Shown here in pieces: positions 28,901 through 37,696 of a DNA stretch of 64,000 nucleotides (within the stretch, counting starts at the first letter, position 1; the number at the start of each line of letters is the position of its first letter). The position numbers and the translations under genes were made by a program. Source of the stretch: Solwaraspora sp. WMMD1047 (GTDB lineage: Bacteria > Actinomycetota > Actinomycetes > Mycobacteriales > Micromonosporaceae); the NCBI RefSeq assembly GCF_029626155.1, contig NZ_JARUBL010000001.1:7692816-7756815 (forward strand). Direction: 5' to 3'. The notes under the pieces were generated by a model that had not been told where the DNA came from, did no database searches, and was given only the letters and a program-made list of their open reading frames with translations.

Positions 28901-30993
28901 GTGGCCCGCGCCCGGTTCACCCCGCCCAGCACCTCGCCGACCCGGGCCAGAATGCCGGTCCGGACGGTGGCGTCGGCGATCTCCAGCGAGCCGACCACCT
29001 CGGTCACCACCTGCAACGCCTCGGCCCGCTCGGTCAGGCGTTGCCCGACGGCGTCGGCGTCGGCCACCGCGCCGATCGCGCCGGCGTCGGCGACCAGCTT
29101 CTCCACCTCGGCGTGGTAGCCGGTGAAGGCGTCGTCGCGGGCCAGGAAGCCGACCGCCCGGCGGGCCGCCTCGGCCAGTTCGTCGGCGAGGGTGGCGGCG
29201 AGTCCGTCGACCCGGGTCCGGTCCACGTAGCGCAGCTCGGTGAGGGTCACCAGGTGCCCCTGCGCCTGCCGGAGCGCGGCGAGCTGGCGGACCCACTCGT
29301 CCGCGCTCAGCGGGGTTTCGCCGCGTACCCGGCGGACCAGGGAGGCGATGTCGGCGGCCGCCTCGTCCACGGTTTCGGTGGCGTGCGCGGTGAGCGCCTG
29401 CACCTTCTCGAACTCGTCGAGCACCTGCTGGGCGGTGGCCCGAACCTCGGTCAGCGGCTCCCGCAGGTCGCCGAGCTCCCGCTCGCCGAGCCAGTGGTAG
29501 TGGTCGAAGACCCGGGAGCAGGCCGCGATGAGCGCCTCGAAGACGCCCACCGCCGGGCTCATCTCGTTGACCATCCGGGTCACCGAGAGGCTGTCGGAGA
29601 TGCCGCGTACCAGATCGGGGTTGCCGACCCGTTCCAGCGGGCCGGTGCCGACCGGCTGTGCCGCGGCGTAGCTGTCCGACTGGTACGGCGTCTGCCAGAC
29701 CTGCATCGGGTGCACCCGGGTCGGCTCCTCCGAGGTGGCCCGGAACACCACCAGCGTGCCGTCGTCGAAGAGCGAGAAGCCGTGGCAGAGGATCGGGTTC
29801 GCGACCTCCTTGCGGATCACGTTGTACGGCAGCAGCAGCGAGCGGCCGTCGACGCGGGAGTGGAAGACGTAGAGGGTGTCCTCGCCGTTCGCCGAGCGGA
29901 TCACCCGCTCGAACTCCAGCCCGTCCACGTCGGTGTCGAAGGTCCTGGTCACGCCGGTGGCGAGGTGGTAGCCGCCGGGGAAGATGATGCCGTGGTCCTC
30001 GGGCAGCCGCTGGCAGGCCGGCCCGATCCCGTCCAGCCGGACCACCGCCCGGGTGAGGGTGTTGAAGACCAGATACCGCCAGTCGGTCTCCTTGTAGGGC
30101 AGGATCCGCAGCAGGATCAACGGCCCGACCCGGGCGTACGAGATGTCGGCGTCCGCCAGGCTCTGCAGCGGCTCGGCGACCGGCTCGGCGTAGATCCCCT
30201 CGCCGGTCTCGGTGTTGTTCTCGATCTTGACGGTGAGGTTTCCGCCGACCGTCTCGACGAAGACCTCGCCGCCGATGGAGATGTGCGGGTGCCGGCCGGT
30301 GACGTGGTCGTCCCGGGTCGTCGGCACCCACTCGAAGTCGTGCGACGGCGGGAAGACGTGATCCCGTTCGCCCCGGTTGTCGAGATACTCCACCGATGCG
30401 TCGGTGCCGAGCCGCCAGCGCAGCACCCGGATGTCCTCGGTCCGCGCGCCGGCCTGGAACACGGCCAGCAGCCGGCCGTCCAGCCGGCGCAGCTGCAACA
30501 GCCGGGCCTGCCGGTAGTAGCGGTACAGCTCGGCGAAGTCGCGCTGGAAGCGGGGGTCGCGCAGCAGCTCCGGCAGCTCGTCGGCGGCGACGTCGTCGAA
30601 CCGGAACCCGTCGCCCGACTCGCCGTCGGCGGTGTCGCGGGCGAAGTGGTGCAGCGAGAAGACGTCGTCGATGGTGGTCTCGGGTTTGAGACCGATGAAG
30701 ACGTTGTAGCCGAAGAGCATCAGCCCGCCCACCGACACGATGTCGCGCGGCACGCAGTTGTGCTCGGTGCGGATCCGTTCGGTGCCGATCAGGCGCAGCT
30801 CCGTACCGCCGAAGACCTCCAGCCGGCGGGCGTTGAGCCGCTCGGCCCGGCGGGCCAGCTCGGCGGCCCGGTCGGCGAGCCGGGACCGCAGCACCTCGTA
30901 GGTGCCGGCGTCGACGCCGGCACCCGCGTCGGACCGGTCCGCCGGCTCGTCGGCCGGCCGCTGGTCGGCCGGCCGGGTCACCGGCCCGGTCAC
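25945..30993 (-). CDS. Giant (1682 aa) protein with a C-terminal AAA+/P-loop ATPase domain; co-operonic with flotillin and NfeD
   Basis: Walker A LLLISPPGYGKTTLMEYV and Walker B-like VLLYLDDIQH lie about 1250 aa from the N-terminus. The long N-terminal region is alpha-helical / coiled-coil rich. The stop overlaps the flotillin start. A second frame (25775..30331) is also open but is low-complexity R/G/P and was rejected. Confidence 0.6.
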   Translation of the reverse strand: MTGPVTRPADQRPADEPADRSDAGAGVDAGTYEVLRSRLADRAAELARRAERLNARRLEVFGGTELRLIGTERIRTEHNCVPRDIVSVGGLMLFGYNVFIGLKPETTIDDVFSLHHFARDTADGESGDGFRFDDVAADELPELLRDPRFQRDFAELYRYYRQARLLQLRRLDGRLLAVFQAGARTEDIRVLRWRLGTDASVEYLDNRGERDHVFPPSHDFEWVPTTRDDHVTGRHPHISIGGEVFVETVGGNLTVKIENNTETGEGIYAEPVAEPLQSLADADISYARVGPLILLRILPYKETDWRYLVFNTLTRAVVRLDGIGPACQRLPEDHGIIFPGGYHLATGVTRTFDTDVDGLEFERVIRSANGEDTLYVFHSRVDGRSLLLPYNVIRKEVANPILCHGFSLFDDGTLVVFRATSEEPTRVHPMQVWQTPYQSDSYAAAQPVGTGPLERVGNPDLVRGISDSLSVTRMVNEMSPAVGVFEALIAACSRVFDHYHWLGERELGDLREPLTEVRATAQQVLDEFEKVQALTAHATETVDEAAADIASLVRRVRGETPLSADEWVRQLAALRQAQGHLVTLTELRYVDRTRVDGLAATLADELAEAARRAVGFLARDDAFTGYHAEVEKLVADAGAIGAVADADAVGQRLTERAEALQVVTEVVGSLEIADATVRTGILARVGEVLGGVNRARATLDGRRRELRAVEGRAGFAAEFALLGQAVTGALAVADTAERCDEQLGRLLLQVENLESRFGEFDDFLAELATRRTDIYEAFSSRKQALLDERARRADRLVASADRILVSVHRRLAGLASLDEVNTYFASDPMVAKLHGVVDELRTLGDQVRAEELAGRVKAARQEAGRALRDRIDLYADGGETIRLGRHRFAVNTQAVDVTLVPHDGEMSVAITGTDYRAPVRDESFGATRPFWDQLLVSESPEVSRAEYLATSILAAAEAGTGGPTLDALRAAAVTDGGLRELVTRTAEGRYDEGYERGVHDHDAALILDALLRLRAGAGLLRYPPAARAAAQLFWRFGADEQRRSGFARRAVSLARSRSAFGPGPALDALRAEFSTAIGDFLDGPAGLAELAAERESAGEYLFEELSEGPDGFVTGAGARGLLDRFRRALGGPGSQSTQAYEEDLRALGDDLAARHQLVRAWLEAFVRSESGPAEPGSAGGAGAAPADLPEAVAIELCGADLPRHDSAATLSAEVGGLLASHPRIDGSRLTLRIDEVLARTRRFRVERVPAYRAYQRRRNELVAAERDRLRLDEYRPKVLGTFVRNRLIDEVYLPLIGDNLARQLGATGDGKRVDQMGLLLLISPPGYGKTTLMEYVASRLGLVFVKVNGPALGSAVTSVDPAEAPNATARQEVEKISFALELGSNVLLYLDDIQHTSPELLQKFISLCDGQRRMEGVWEGRTRSYDLRGRRFAVCMAGNPYTESGRRFRVPDMLANRADVWNLGDVLSGREEVFALSYLENALTSNPVLAPLSTRERGDIELLVRLARGDDTVRPDQLAHPYPAAELEQVLSVLRKMLQVQRVVLANNQAYIASAAQADASRTEPPFQLQGSYRNMNKLAERIVPVMNDDELAAAIDDHYLGEAQTLAAGAEANLLKLAELRGRLTAEQARRWAEVKAGYLREKALGGSGSDPVDRAVGALGLLADRLGGVESAISRAADQR

Positions 30994-33011
30994 TCGGCCG
31001 TCCGGTGGTCCGCGCCGGCCAGGGCGGCCACCGGCTGGTCGGCCACCCCGAGCCGCTTCGCGGTGTTCAGCAGCTCCCGGAGCTTGTCGGAGTCGGCCCC
31101 GCCGGCCTTGATCTGCCGCAGCAGGAACGCGGAGAGGGTGAGATCCCGGACGTCGGCCGTGTTCAGCGAACCGAGCAGCCGGGAGATGTCGTCAGTGAAG
31201 TTGGCCGAGCCGTCCAGCCAGGGCCGGGCCAGGCCCTGGGCGACGTCGGAGTGCGCGACGAAGCCGTCCACGCTCTTGCCGAGCGAGATGGAGCTGAGCA
31301 GCCGGTCGAAGAAGACGCTGTCGCCGCCGACGATGTCGATGTTGGCCTTCTCCAGCCCGGTCGCGACCACCATCGCCTGCGACTCGGCCACCTGCCGCTG
31401 GACGTCGATGCCGGCCAGCCGGATCTCCTTCTCCGCCTCCAGCCGCAGTCGGTACTCCTCGTGCTCACGGGTCGCGTCGTCCAGCGCGGCCATCGCCGCC
31501 GCCTTCTCGGTGAGGCCCTCCGCCTCGCCCTTGAGCTTCTCCCGCAGCGCGTCGGCGACGGCCAGGGCCTTCTCCCGCTCCACGGCCGCCTCGGCCCGGC
31601 CGACCTTCTCGATCGCCTCGGCGCCACGCTCCCGGACCTGCACGTCGGCCAGGCCGGTGGCGGCCGCCTCGGCCTGTGCTCCCTCGGCCAGCCGGATCTT
31701 GGCGCGGGCGTCCAGCTCGGCGGCCTGCTGCCGGGCCTCGGCCAGCACCAGCTCCTCGCGGGCCTTGTGCTTGGCGGCCTGCTCGGCCGCCTCGGCGGCC
31801 TTGATGTCCTTGACCAGCCGCTCCTGCGCCTCGGCCTCGGCCTGGATGACCACGGACTGGCGGGTCCGCTCGGCCTCCTCGACCACCCGGAGCCGCTTGA
31901 TGTTCTCCTCCTGCTCGGCGACGGTCTTGTCGACCGCGATCCGCTCCCGGATCACCTCGGCGATGGAGCGCCGCTCGACCTCGACCTCCTTGTCCTTGGC
32001 GATGGTGGAGAGTTCGGTCTCCCGCTGCCGGGCGATGACCTCCAGCAGCCGGTCCTTCTCGATCCGCTCGGTCTCGATGGCGATGACCCGTTCCCGGTTC
32101 TTCTCGGCCACCGCGATCTCCCGGGCCTGGTTCTCCCGCTGGACGCCGAGCTGCTCGTCGGTACGCAGGTGCGCGGTCTGCGCCTTGAGCCGCTCCTCGG
32201 CCTGGACCTTCTGGGTCTCCGCCTCCTCGCGGGCCCGCATCGTCTCGACCTCGCGCTTCTGCTTGGTCTCGGCGTCGGCCTGCCGGCGCTCCAGTTCGAG
32301 GATGGCCTCCCGGGCGTCGACGTTCTGCCGGGTGATCTCCTTCTCCTCGTTGCGCCGGTACTCGTTGGTGCGGATGTGCTCCAGCGCGGTCAGCTCGGTG
32401 ATCTTGCGAATGCCCTGGGCGTCGAGGATGTTCGCCGCGTCCAGCTGCGACATCGGGGTCTGCTCGAGGAAGTCGATCGCGGCGTCCTCAAGGCTGTAAC
32501 CGTTGAGGTCGGTGCCGATCACCTCGATGATCCGGTCCCGGAACTCGTCCCGCTTGGTGTAGAGGTCGACGAAGTCGAGCTGCTTACCGACGGTCTTGAG
32601 CGCCTCGGAGAACTTGGCGTTGAACAGCTCCTGCAGCGTCTCCCGGTCGCTGGCCCGGGCGGTGCCGATCGCCTGCGCCACCTTGATGACGTCCTCGACC
32701 GTCTTGTTGACGCGGACGAAGAAGGTGATCCGGATGTCGGCGCGGATGTTGTCCCGGCAGATCAGGCCCTCGTGCCCGGTCCGCTCGATGTCGATCGTCT
32801 TGACCGAGATATCCATGATCTCGGCTTTGTGTAGCACCGGCATCACCACCGCGCCGGTGAAGGTCACGTCGACCCGGCGCACCTTGGAGACGATCAGCGC
32901 CTTGCCCTGCTCCACCTTGCGGAACATCCGAGCGATGATCAGGGTGACGCCGACGGCGATCAGAAGTAGTACGGCCAGGAAGACGCCGAATCCGGCGGTG
33001 ATGACATCCAT
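30990..33011 (-). CDS. Flotillin-family (SPFH/band-7) membrane scaffold protein
   Basis: N-terminal TM, SPFH domain (…GKALIVSKVRRVDVTFTGAVVMPVLHKAEIMDISVKTIDIER…), and a long EA-rich coiled coil, as in YqiK/FloT. Confidence 0.8.
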   Translation of the reverse strand: MDVITAGFGVFLAVLLLIAVGVTLIIARMFRKVEQGKALIVSKVRRVDVTFTGAVVMPVLHKAEIMDISVKTIDIERTGHEGLICRDNIRADIRITFFVRVNKTVEDVIKVAQAIGTARASDRETLQELFNAKFSEALKTVGKQLDFVDLYTKRDEFRDRIIEVIGTDLNGYSLEDAAIDFLEQTPMSQLDAANILDAQGIRKITELTALEHIRTNEYRRNEEKEITRQNVDAREAILELERRQADAETKQKREVETMRAREEAETQKVQAEERLKAQTAHLRTDEQLGVQRENQAREIAVAEKNRERVIAIETERIEKDRLLEVIARQRETELSTIAKDKEVEVERRSIAEVIRERIAVDKTVAEQEENIKRLRVVEEAERTRQSVVIQAEAEAQERLVKDIKAAEAAEQAAKHKAREELVLAEARQQAAELDARAKIRLAEGAQAEAAATGLADVQVRERGAEAIEKVGRAEAAVEREKALAVADALREKLKGEAEGLTEKAAAMAALDDATREHEEYRLRLEAEKEIRLAGIDVQRQVAESQAMVVATGLEKANIDIVGGDSVFFDRLLSSISLGKSVDGFVAHSDVAQGLARPWLDGSANFTDDISRLLGSLNTADVRDLTLSAFLLRQIKAGGADSDKLRELLNTAKRLGVADQPVAALAGADHRTAE

Positions 33012-33025
33012 CAGTGTCCTTTGGT

Positions 33026-33688
33026 TCAGGGTTCGGAATCGAGCGCGGCGTCGACCGGCGCGACCCAGAAGAACTCGCCCTTGACGTCGTAGTCGTAGAT
33101 CACGGCGCGGCTGCCGGCCCGCAGCGGGTCGTCACCGGCCTTGCGTACCTGGATGACGGCGGACGAGCCGTCGGTCGAGGTCACCTCGGCCTGGCCGAAG
33201 GTGGTGGTCACGGTCCCGGTCCGGATGACGCAGACGGCGCCGACGAAGTCGTGCCGGGAGGACTGCGGGCCGAGCGGGAAGAAGTGGCGCAGCGGCAGCA
33301 TCAGCAGCCAGGCGATCAGCCAGGCGACGATCAGGGCGGCGGCCAGCACCCCCACCGAGAGCAGCACCCAGACCCAGGGCTCGGCCGTCAACCCGGCCAG
33401 CAGCGCACCCCCGGCCAGGCTGACGAACCAGGCGGCCGCGATCAGCAGCGAGGCCGCCACGCTCACCGGCACGCCGCCGAGCCCCAGACCATTGAGCACC
33501 CCGGCGAGACCGGTGGCGGCGGTGGCCTCGCCACCGTCCGCGCCCAGCGACTCGGCCGCCGCGCCCGGGTCGGCGTCGAGGTCCACGGCCCCGAAGAGAA
33601 CAAGCAGCCAGTAGCCGATCACCACGACCAGCAGGAAGGTGAACAGCACGGTCGGGAAGCGGAGCGCCACATCGAGGAACTCACCCAC
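33026..33688 (-). CDS. NfeD-like (YqiJ/YuaF-type) membrane protein with a C-terminal OB-fold
   Basis: Multi-TM N-terminus plus a C-terminal beta-rich ~70 aa domain (…GAVCVIRTGTVTTTFGQAEVTSTDGSSAVIQVRKAG…). Lies immediately upstream of flotillin, the canonical pairing. Confidence 0.6.
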   Translation of the reverse strand: MGEFLDVALRFPTVLFTFLLVVVIGYWLLVLFGAVDLDADPGAAAESLGADGGEATAATGLAGVLNGLGLGGVPVSVAASLLIAAAWFVSLAGGALLAGLTAEPWVWVLLSVGVLAAALIVAWLIAWLLMLPLRHFFPLGPQSSRHDFVGAVCVIRTGTVTTTFGQAEVTSTDGSSAVIQVRKAGDDPLRAGSRAVIYDYDVKGEFFWVAPVDAALDSEP

Positions 33689-33792
33689 GCGTCAGCCTCC
33701 CCCGCGGACCCGATCGCTGTGCCGTCATTTCGTGGCGACCACAGGTGAAACTTCCTCCGGTCGACCGCACCGCCGATCATGGCATGCCGTGT

Positions 33793-33824
33793 CAAAACCG
33801 GTTACCAGCCGAAAGGCCGGTAAC
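33793..33824 (-). terminator. Rho-independent-type terminator for purD (10-bp stem with one G·U wobble, GAAA/tttc loop, followed by TTTT on the minus strand)
   Basis: Plus strand caaaacc-ggttaccagcc-gaaa-ggccggtaac. Confidence 0.45.
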
Positions 33825-33908
33825 GACCCGGACCGACTGGGAAGCGGCTGGGATACAGCTGGGAGGCTGCCCGGCAACCGCTGGGAGGCAACCCGACACC
33901 GGTGCCGG

Positions 33909-35177
33909 TCAGGACGGCAGGCCGACCCGACCCTCGACCGCCGCCAGCGCGATGTCCCGGCGAGCCTGGGAGCCGGCCAGGTCGACCCCGTCCAGCAACG
34001 CGTACGCGGCCGCGCGGGCCGCCGGCAGATCCGGCCCGGTGGCCGTACCGCTGAGCACCCGGCCGCCGACGGAGATCAGCGCGCCGTCGGTGGCCCGGCG
34101 GGCGGTGCCGGCGTGGATGATGCCGGGCCGGTCGGCGCCGGTGATCACGTCACCGGTACGGGCCGACGCGGGGTAGCCGGCCGTCGCGAGTACCACGGTG
34201 ACGGCCGACCCGGCCCGCCAGCGCAGCGGCGGGTGGGCGGCCAGGGTCCCGGTGGCCGCCGCGTGCAGCAGGCCGCCCAGCGGGGTCTCCAGCAGCGCCA
34301 GCACGGACTGGGTCTCCGGGTCGCCGAACCGGGCGTTGAACTCGATCACCCGCGGACCGGCCGCGGTCAACGCCAGGCCGACGTAGAGCAGCCCGGCGAA
34401 CGGGTTTCCCCGGCGGCGCAACTCGGCCAGGGTCGGGTGCACCACGGTGGCCAGCACCTCGTCGACCAGACCCGGCGGCGCCCACGGCAGCGGCGCGTAC
34501 GCGCCCATCCCGCCGGTGTTCGGGCCGGTGTCGCCGTCCCCGATCCGCTTGAAGTCCTGGGCCGGCAGCAGCGGCACCGCGGCCTCGCCGTCGGTCACCA
34601 CGAAGAGCGAGACCTCCGGGCCGGCGAGGTATTCCTCGATCACCACCCGGCCGCAGCCGGCGGCGTGCGCGACGGCGGCGGCCCGGTCGTCGGTCACCAC
34701 CACGCCCTTGCCGGCGGCCAGCCCGTCGTCCTTCACCACGTACGGCGCGCCGAACTCGTCAAGCGCGCGGGTGACCTCGGCAGCACCCTCGGCGGCGGCC
34801 GCGTCGGCGATCGGGTACGCCCGTGCGGTCGGCACCCCGGCGGCGGTCATCACGTCCTTGGCGAACGCCTTCGAGCCCTCCAGCCGGGCCGCCGCGGCGG
34901 ACGGGCCGAAGCAGGCGATGCCCTTGGCGCGGACCGCGTCGGCGACCCCGGCCACCAGCGGCGCCTCCGGCCCGATCACCACCAGGTCGGCGGCCACCTC
35001 GACGGCCAGCGCCGCGACGGCGGCCGGATCGGTGGCGGCGACGTCGCGCAGTTCGGCGACGGCCGCGATGCCCGGGTTGCCCGGGGCGGCGACAAGCGAC
35101 TCGACCGCCGGGTCGGCGGCCAGCCCGAGAGCGAGCGCGTGCTCCCGCCCGCCACCACCAATCAGAAGTACGCGCAC
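33909..35177 (-). CDS. purD: Phosphoribosylamine--glycine ligase
   Basis: [19 protein letters not shown]… ATP-grasp, …[12 protein letters not shown]…, C-terminal domain. GTG 35177. Confidence 0.8.
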   Translation of the reverse strand: MRVLLIGGGGREHALALGLAADPAVESLVAAPGNPGIAAVAELRDVAATDPAAVAALAVEVAADLVVIGPEAPLVAGVADAVRAKGIACFGPSAAAARLEGSKAFAKDVMTAAGVPTARAYPIADAAAAEGAAEVTRALDEFGAPYVVKDDGLAAGKGVVVTDDRAAAVAHAAGCGRVVIEEYLAGPEVSLFVVTDGEAAVPLLPAQDFKRIGDGDTGPNTGGMGAYAPLPWAPPGLVDEVLATVVHPTLAELRRRGNPFAGLLYVGLALTAAGPRVIEFNARFGDPETQSVLALLETPLGGLLHAAATGTLAAHPPLRWRAGSAVTVVLATAGYPASARTGDVITGADRPGIIHAGTARRATDGALISVGGRVLSGTATGPDLPAARAAAYALLDGVDLAGSQARRDIALAAVEGRVGLPS

Positions 35178-35651
35178 GAGCGCCGATCCTACGCGCCACC
35201 CCCGGAACCGATCCCGACCCCCGGCACCGACCATGTCCCGGATCGGCCCCCTCGTTCGGGTGCGCGGGGCGGCGGGCTTGAGCCCGGGCGGTCGGCGCGT
35301 GGGGGCCGGAGGGGGCCGACCCGAAGCCCTGCCATCAGGTACTCGTGAGAAGTGTTCAAATTGGCGCCCGTCATCCGTCACCGATTCTGAATGAAACGCC
35401 TACCGCGCTTCCCGCTGGCCGCACCGTCACATATTCCCGGCCCGGCCTCGTGCGCCAACAGCGCATGCGCAGATTTCCAGCAGAGAGTCACAAATCGGGC
35501 TTAAAAGTCCATGTCTCGTATCAGCTTCGGTCACTTTGTGCAATCACACGGGGGCGTGGCACAATATCGTTGGGCACATTCATTGGACTAACCTCGACAA
35601 TTCCGGTGTGCCCGCGTGTCCTCACTACAGACGTGTGCGAGGTGACGGCTC

Positions 35652-36392
35652 GTGTCAAGCGGTGGTACCGAAAGGTGGATCTCGCCGGCCGAGCAGTGGC
35701 CGAAACACAAGGACCCGGACATGCGTGACGCGCTGGCGCTGGCACGAGCCAGGGGCTGGTGGTACCGGAAAAACTCCGATCATACGGGGTCTGCGACGCT
35801 GTACTGTCAGAAAAATACTGTTGACTGTTGCCTGTTCATACTTTTCGGCACCGGCCGGTCCCCAGGGGGACCGGCAAGGTCATTTAAGCGGCTGATTGAA
35901 CGTTGCCCACACCAGGACGCCGAGAACCTGCCCGAATTGGATCAAGCGGAGCGGCTACTGGACGGCGCCGAGCGGATCATCGACGCGATCGAATCATTGC
36001 AGCATCGCACCGACCTGCTTGAGCGCATTGACGCAAACCTGGCCGAGATGGACGGCCTCGCCCCCACTGCCGGGGCGAACGAGCTACTCGATGTCGCGGA
36101 AAGTAACCTGGCACGGATCGAAGAACTATTCGATCAAGCGGCGGATTGGGAACACGAAGCCCGGATGGTCGAGCAAGACGCGAAAGCCGTCCTCTCCGCC
36201 GAAGGCGTTCATTCGGAGGACCCGAACTCCCAGGTAGACGGCGCCGAGGAGGTCATCCGTGAGGCGGAGGCCGTACTCGACGAGGTGCCGCGGCGACTCG
36301 GACGGGTCGCGCGGTTGCGCCGTCGAGCGGTCCGGTTGCGGGATCGGGTATCAGTCGTTCGGATGAATATCAGCGCCCCTGTCATCGACTAG
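35652..36392 (+). CDS. Hypothetical protein in the low-GC islet (start uncertain; the C-terminal ~150 aa are acidic coiled-coil)
   Basis: The ORF lies in a region of markedly lower GC. A strong hairpin (35854-35875) sits inside the annotated ORF, so the true start may be downstream (e.g. TTG 35936 or ATG ~36049). Confidence 0.3.
   Translation: MSSGGTERWISPAEQWPKHKDPDMRDALALARARGWWYRKNSDHTGSATLYCQKNTVDCCLFILFGTGRSPGGPARSFKRLIERCPHQDAENLPELDQAERLLDGAERIIDAIESLQHRTDLLERIDANLAEMDGLAPTAGANELLDVAESNLARIEELFDQAADWEHEARMVEQDAKAVLSAEGVHSEDPNSQVDGAEEVIREAEAVLDEVPRRLGRVARLRRRAVRLRDRVSVVRMNISAPVID
35854..35875. other. Perfect GC hairpin gccggtcccc-ag-ggggaccggc followed by an A/T-rich run
   Basis: Seen directly. 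It is either an intrinsic terminator for an upstream short transcript or an intragenic structure. Confidence 0.4.
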
Positions 36393-36543
36393 CCGTGTGC
36401 ACGCTACGTTACCTGTTGGCATTCGCCAACGCTACACCTATACTTCACCCCACGGGGGGCTCTCCGCCGGTCGTTTGGAGTTTGATCGAAGCTACCAGCA
36501 CCGCTGCAACCGGGGAGCAAAGGTCAATTTAGGAGACGAGGCC

Positions 36544-37203
36544 ATGTTTCGCATCGCACTACATGTGGGGAACATCGACCTGCGGGATCCAGTTGTTGTT
36601 GAACGCATCGCGAACATCGACTCACTTTGCGAAATCTCATGGGAGAGCATCGACGGGCGCGTACGCGCTGTTATTTACTGCGATGAGCACGATCCCATAG
36701 GGCAGATCATCCAAATCGCCAGACGGATAACACACACCATTCCCGAAGCGAAGATAAATGGCCTCGACCAAGACCTCGTGAGCATCAGCGACATCGCCAC
36801 CCGAGTGGGGCTGACAAGGGAGGCTGTGCGGCTCTGGACCAAGGGACAACGTGGTCCGGGGGGCTTCCCGGCAGCGCTAGGCTCGATCGGCGGCGGAGAC
36901 CGGGGGTCAACTCAGGTGTGGTCGTGGCCTGACGTCAACGCGTGGCTGGAGAGGCACTTCGGGCTCGGTGACGGCGACGAGTACCTTTCACCGGAGCAGG
37001 TCGCGAAGGCCCAGGCTGCGCTACTCCAGATCGAGGACTATCTCGACCACGATTGGCGAGAACTCGTACAACTGGACATCCCGGCCTCGCTGGGGGTGAT
37101 CAGCGACGATACAGCGGAAGACGCCGATCCTCTTGTCGCCGCCCCCAGTTCCGACCCCTTCATTCCGGTTGTCAGTCTCAACCTGGGAGTCAAAGTTGAC
37201 TGA
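36544..37203 (+). CDS. Hypothetical DNA-binding protein with an excisionase/AlpA-type HTH (HTH_17-like)
   Basis: RBS aggagacgagg + ATG 36544. The central motif LVSISDIATRVGLTREAVRLWTKGQRG matches the excisionase-family HTH pattern. Low-GC codon usage. Confidence 0.45.
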   Translation: MFRIALHVGNIDLRDPVVVERIANIDSLCEISWESIDGRVRAVIYCDEHDPIGQIIQIARRITHTIPEAKINGLDQDLVSISDIATRVGLTREAVRLWTKGQRGPGGFPAALGSIGGGDRGSTQVWSWPDVNAWLERHFGLGDGDEYLSPEQVAKAQAALLQIEDYLDHDWRELVQLDIPASLGVISDDTAEDADPLVAAPSSDPFIPVVSLNLGVKVD

Positions 37204-37696
37204 GCGGGGAGATGACGGCGAGACCACGCCCGCCGAACTCGAAGCGCACGCCCAACTGAAACTCATCAAGGTTCAACTGACCAAGCTGGTCGGCGAGTTG
37301 GCCAGCGACTCCGGCGAGGAACGCGTGCTCGACGATATCTCCGTAGAGATTCGGGGTCAGTACCGGTTCGTCCACGACGCCGTCATCCAGTTCCGATGGA
37401 ACGCGGAGCTTCCCATTCGCGAGACAACCGGGCGCAACCTCGCCTATCTGGAGGTTGCGCTGGATGAGTGGTTCCACGTGCCGCCGGGGCCTCGGCCTTC
37501 GCCGGAGGCGCTCTCGGTCTTCATGCGGAAGTCGGCGCTCGATGCCGCGATGCCGCACATCCGCGAAGGACTCAGAGGTTTGAGTCAGAGGTTGGGCATC
37601 GGCTCCCTCGCTCTGGGGTTCACCCGCAACGACGGCGATGGTCCCCACGCCGCGCTGCAAGCGGGTCCGGGTCCCACACTCGACCAGCGAGGTTGA
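37196..37696 (+). CDS. Hypothetical protein (islet gene 3); start tentative (TTG 37196 overlapping the upstream stop by 8 nt)
   Basis: ORF in the same low-GC block. No recognisable domain. Confidence 0.3.
   Translation: MTERGDDGETTPAELEAHAQLKLIKVQLTKLVGELASDSGEERVLDDISVEIRGQYRFVHDAVIQFRWNAELPIRETTGRNLAYLEVALDEWFHVPPGPRPSPEALSVFMRKSALDAAMPHIREGLRGLSQRLGIGSLALGFTRNDGDGPHAALQAGPGPTLDQRG

Noticed and set aside
25775-30331. 1518-aa alternative frame across the giant ATPase gene
   Set aside because: R/G/P-rich with no motifs. The overlapping frame 25945..30993 carries Walker A/B and normal composition.
29041-32499. 1152-aa plus-strand ORF antisense to flotillin and the ATPase gene
   Set aside because: Low-complexity antisense shadow ORF. 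Flotillin on the minus strand is unambiguous.
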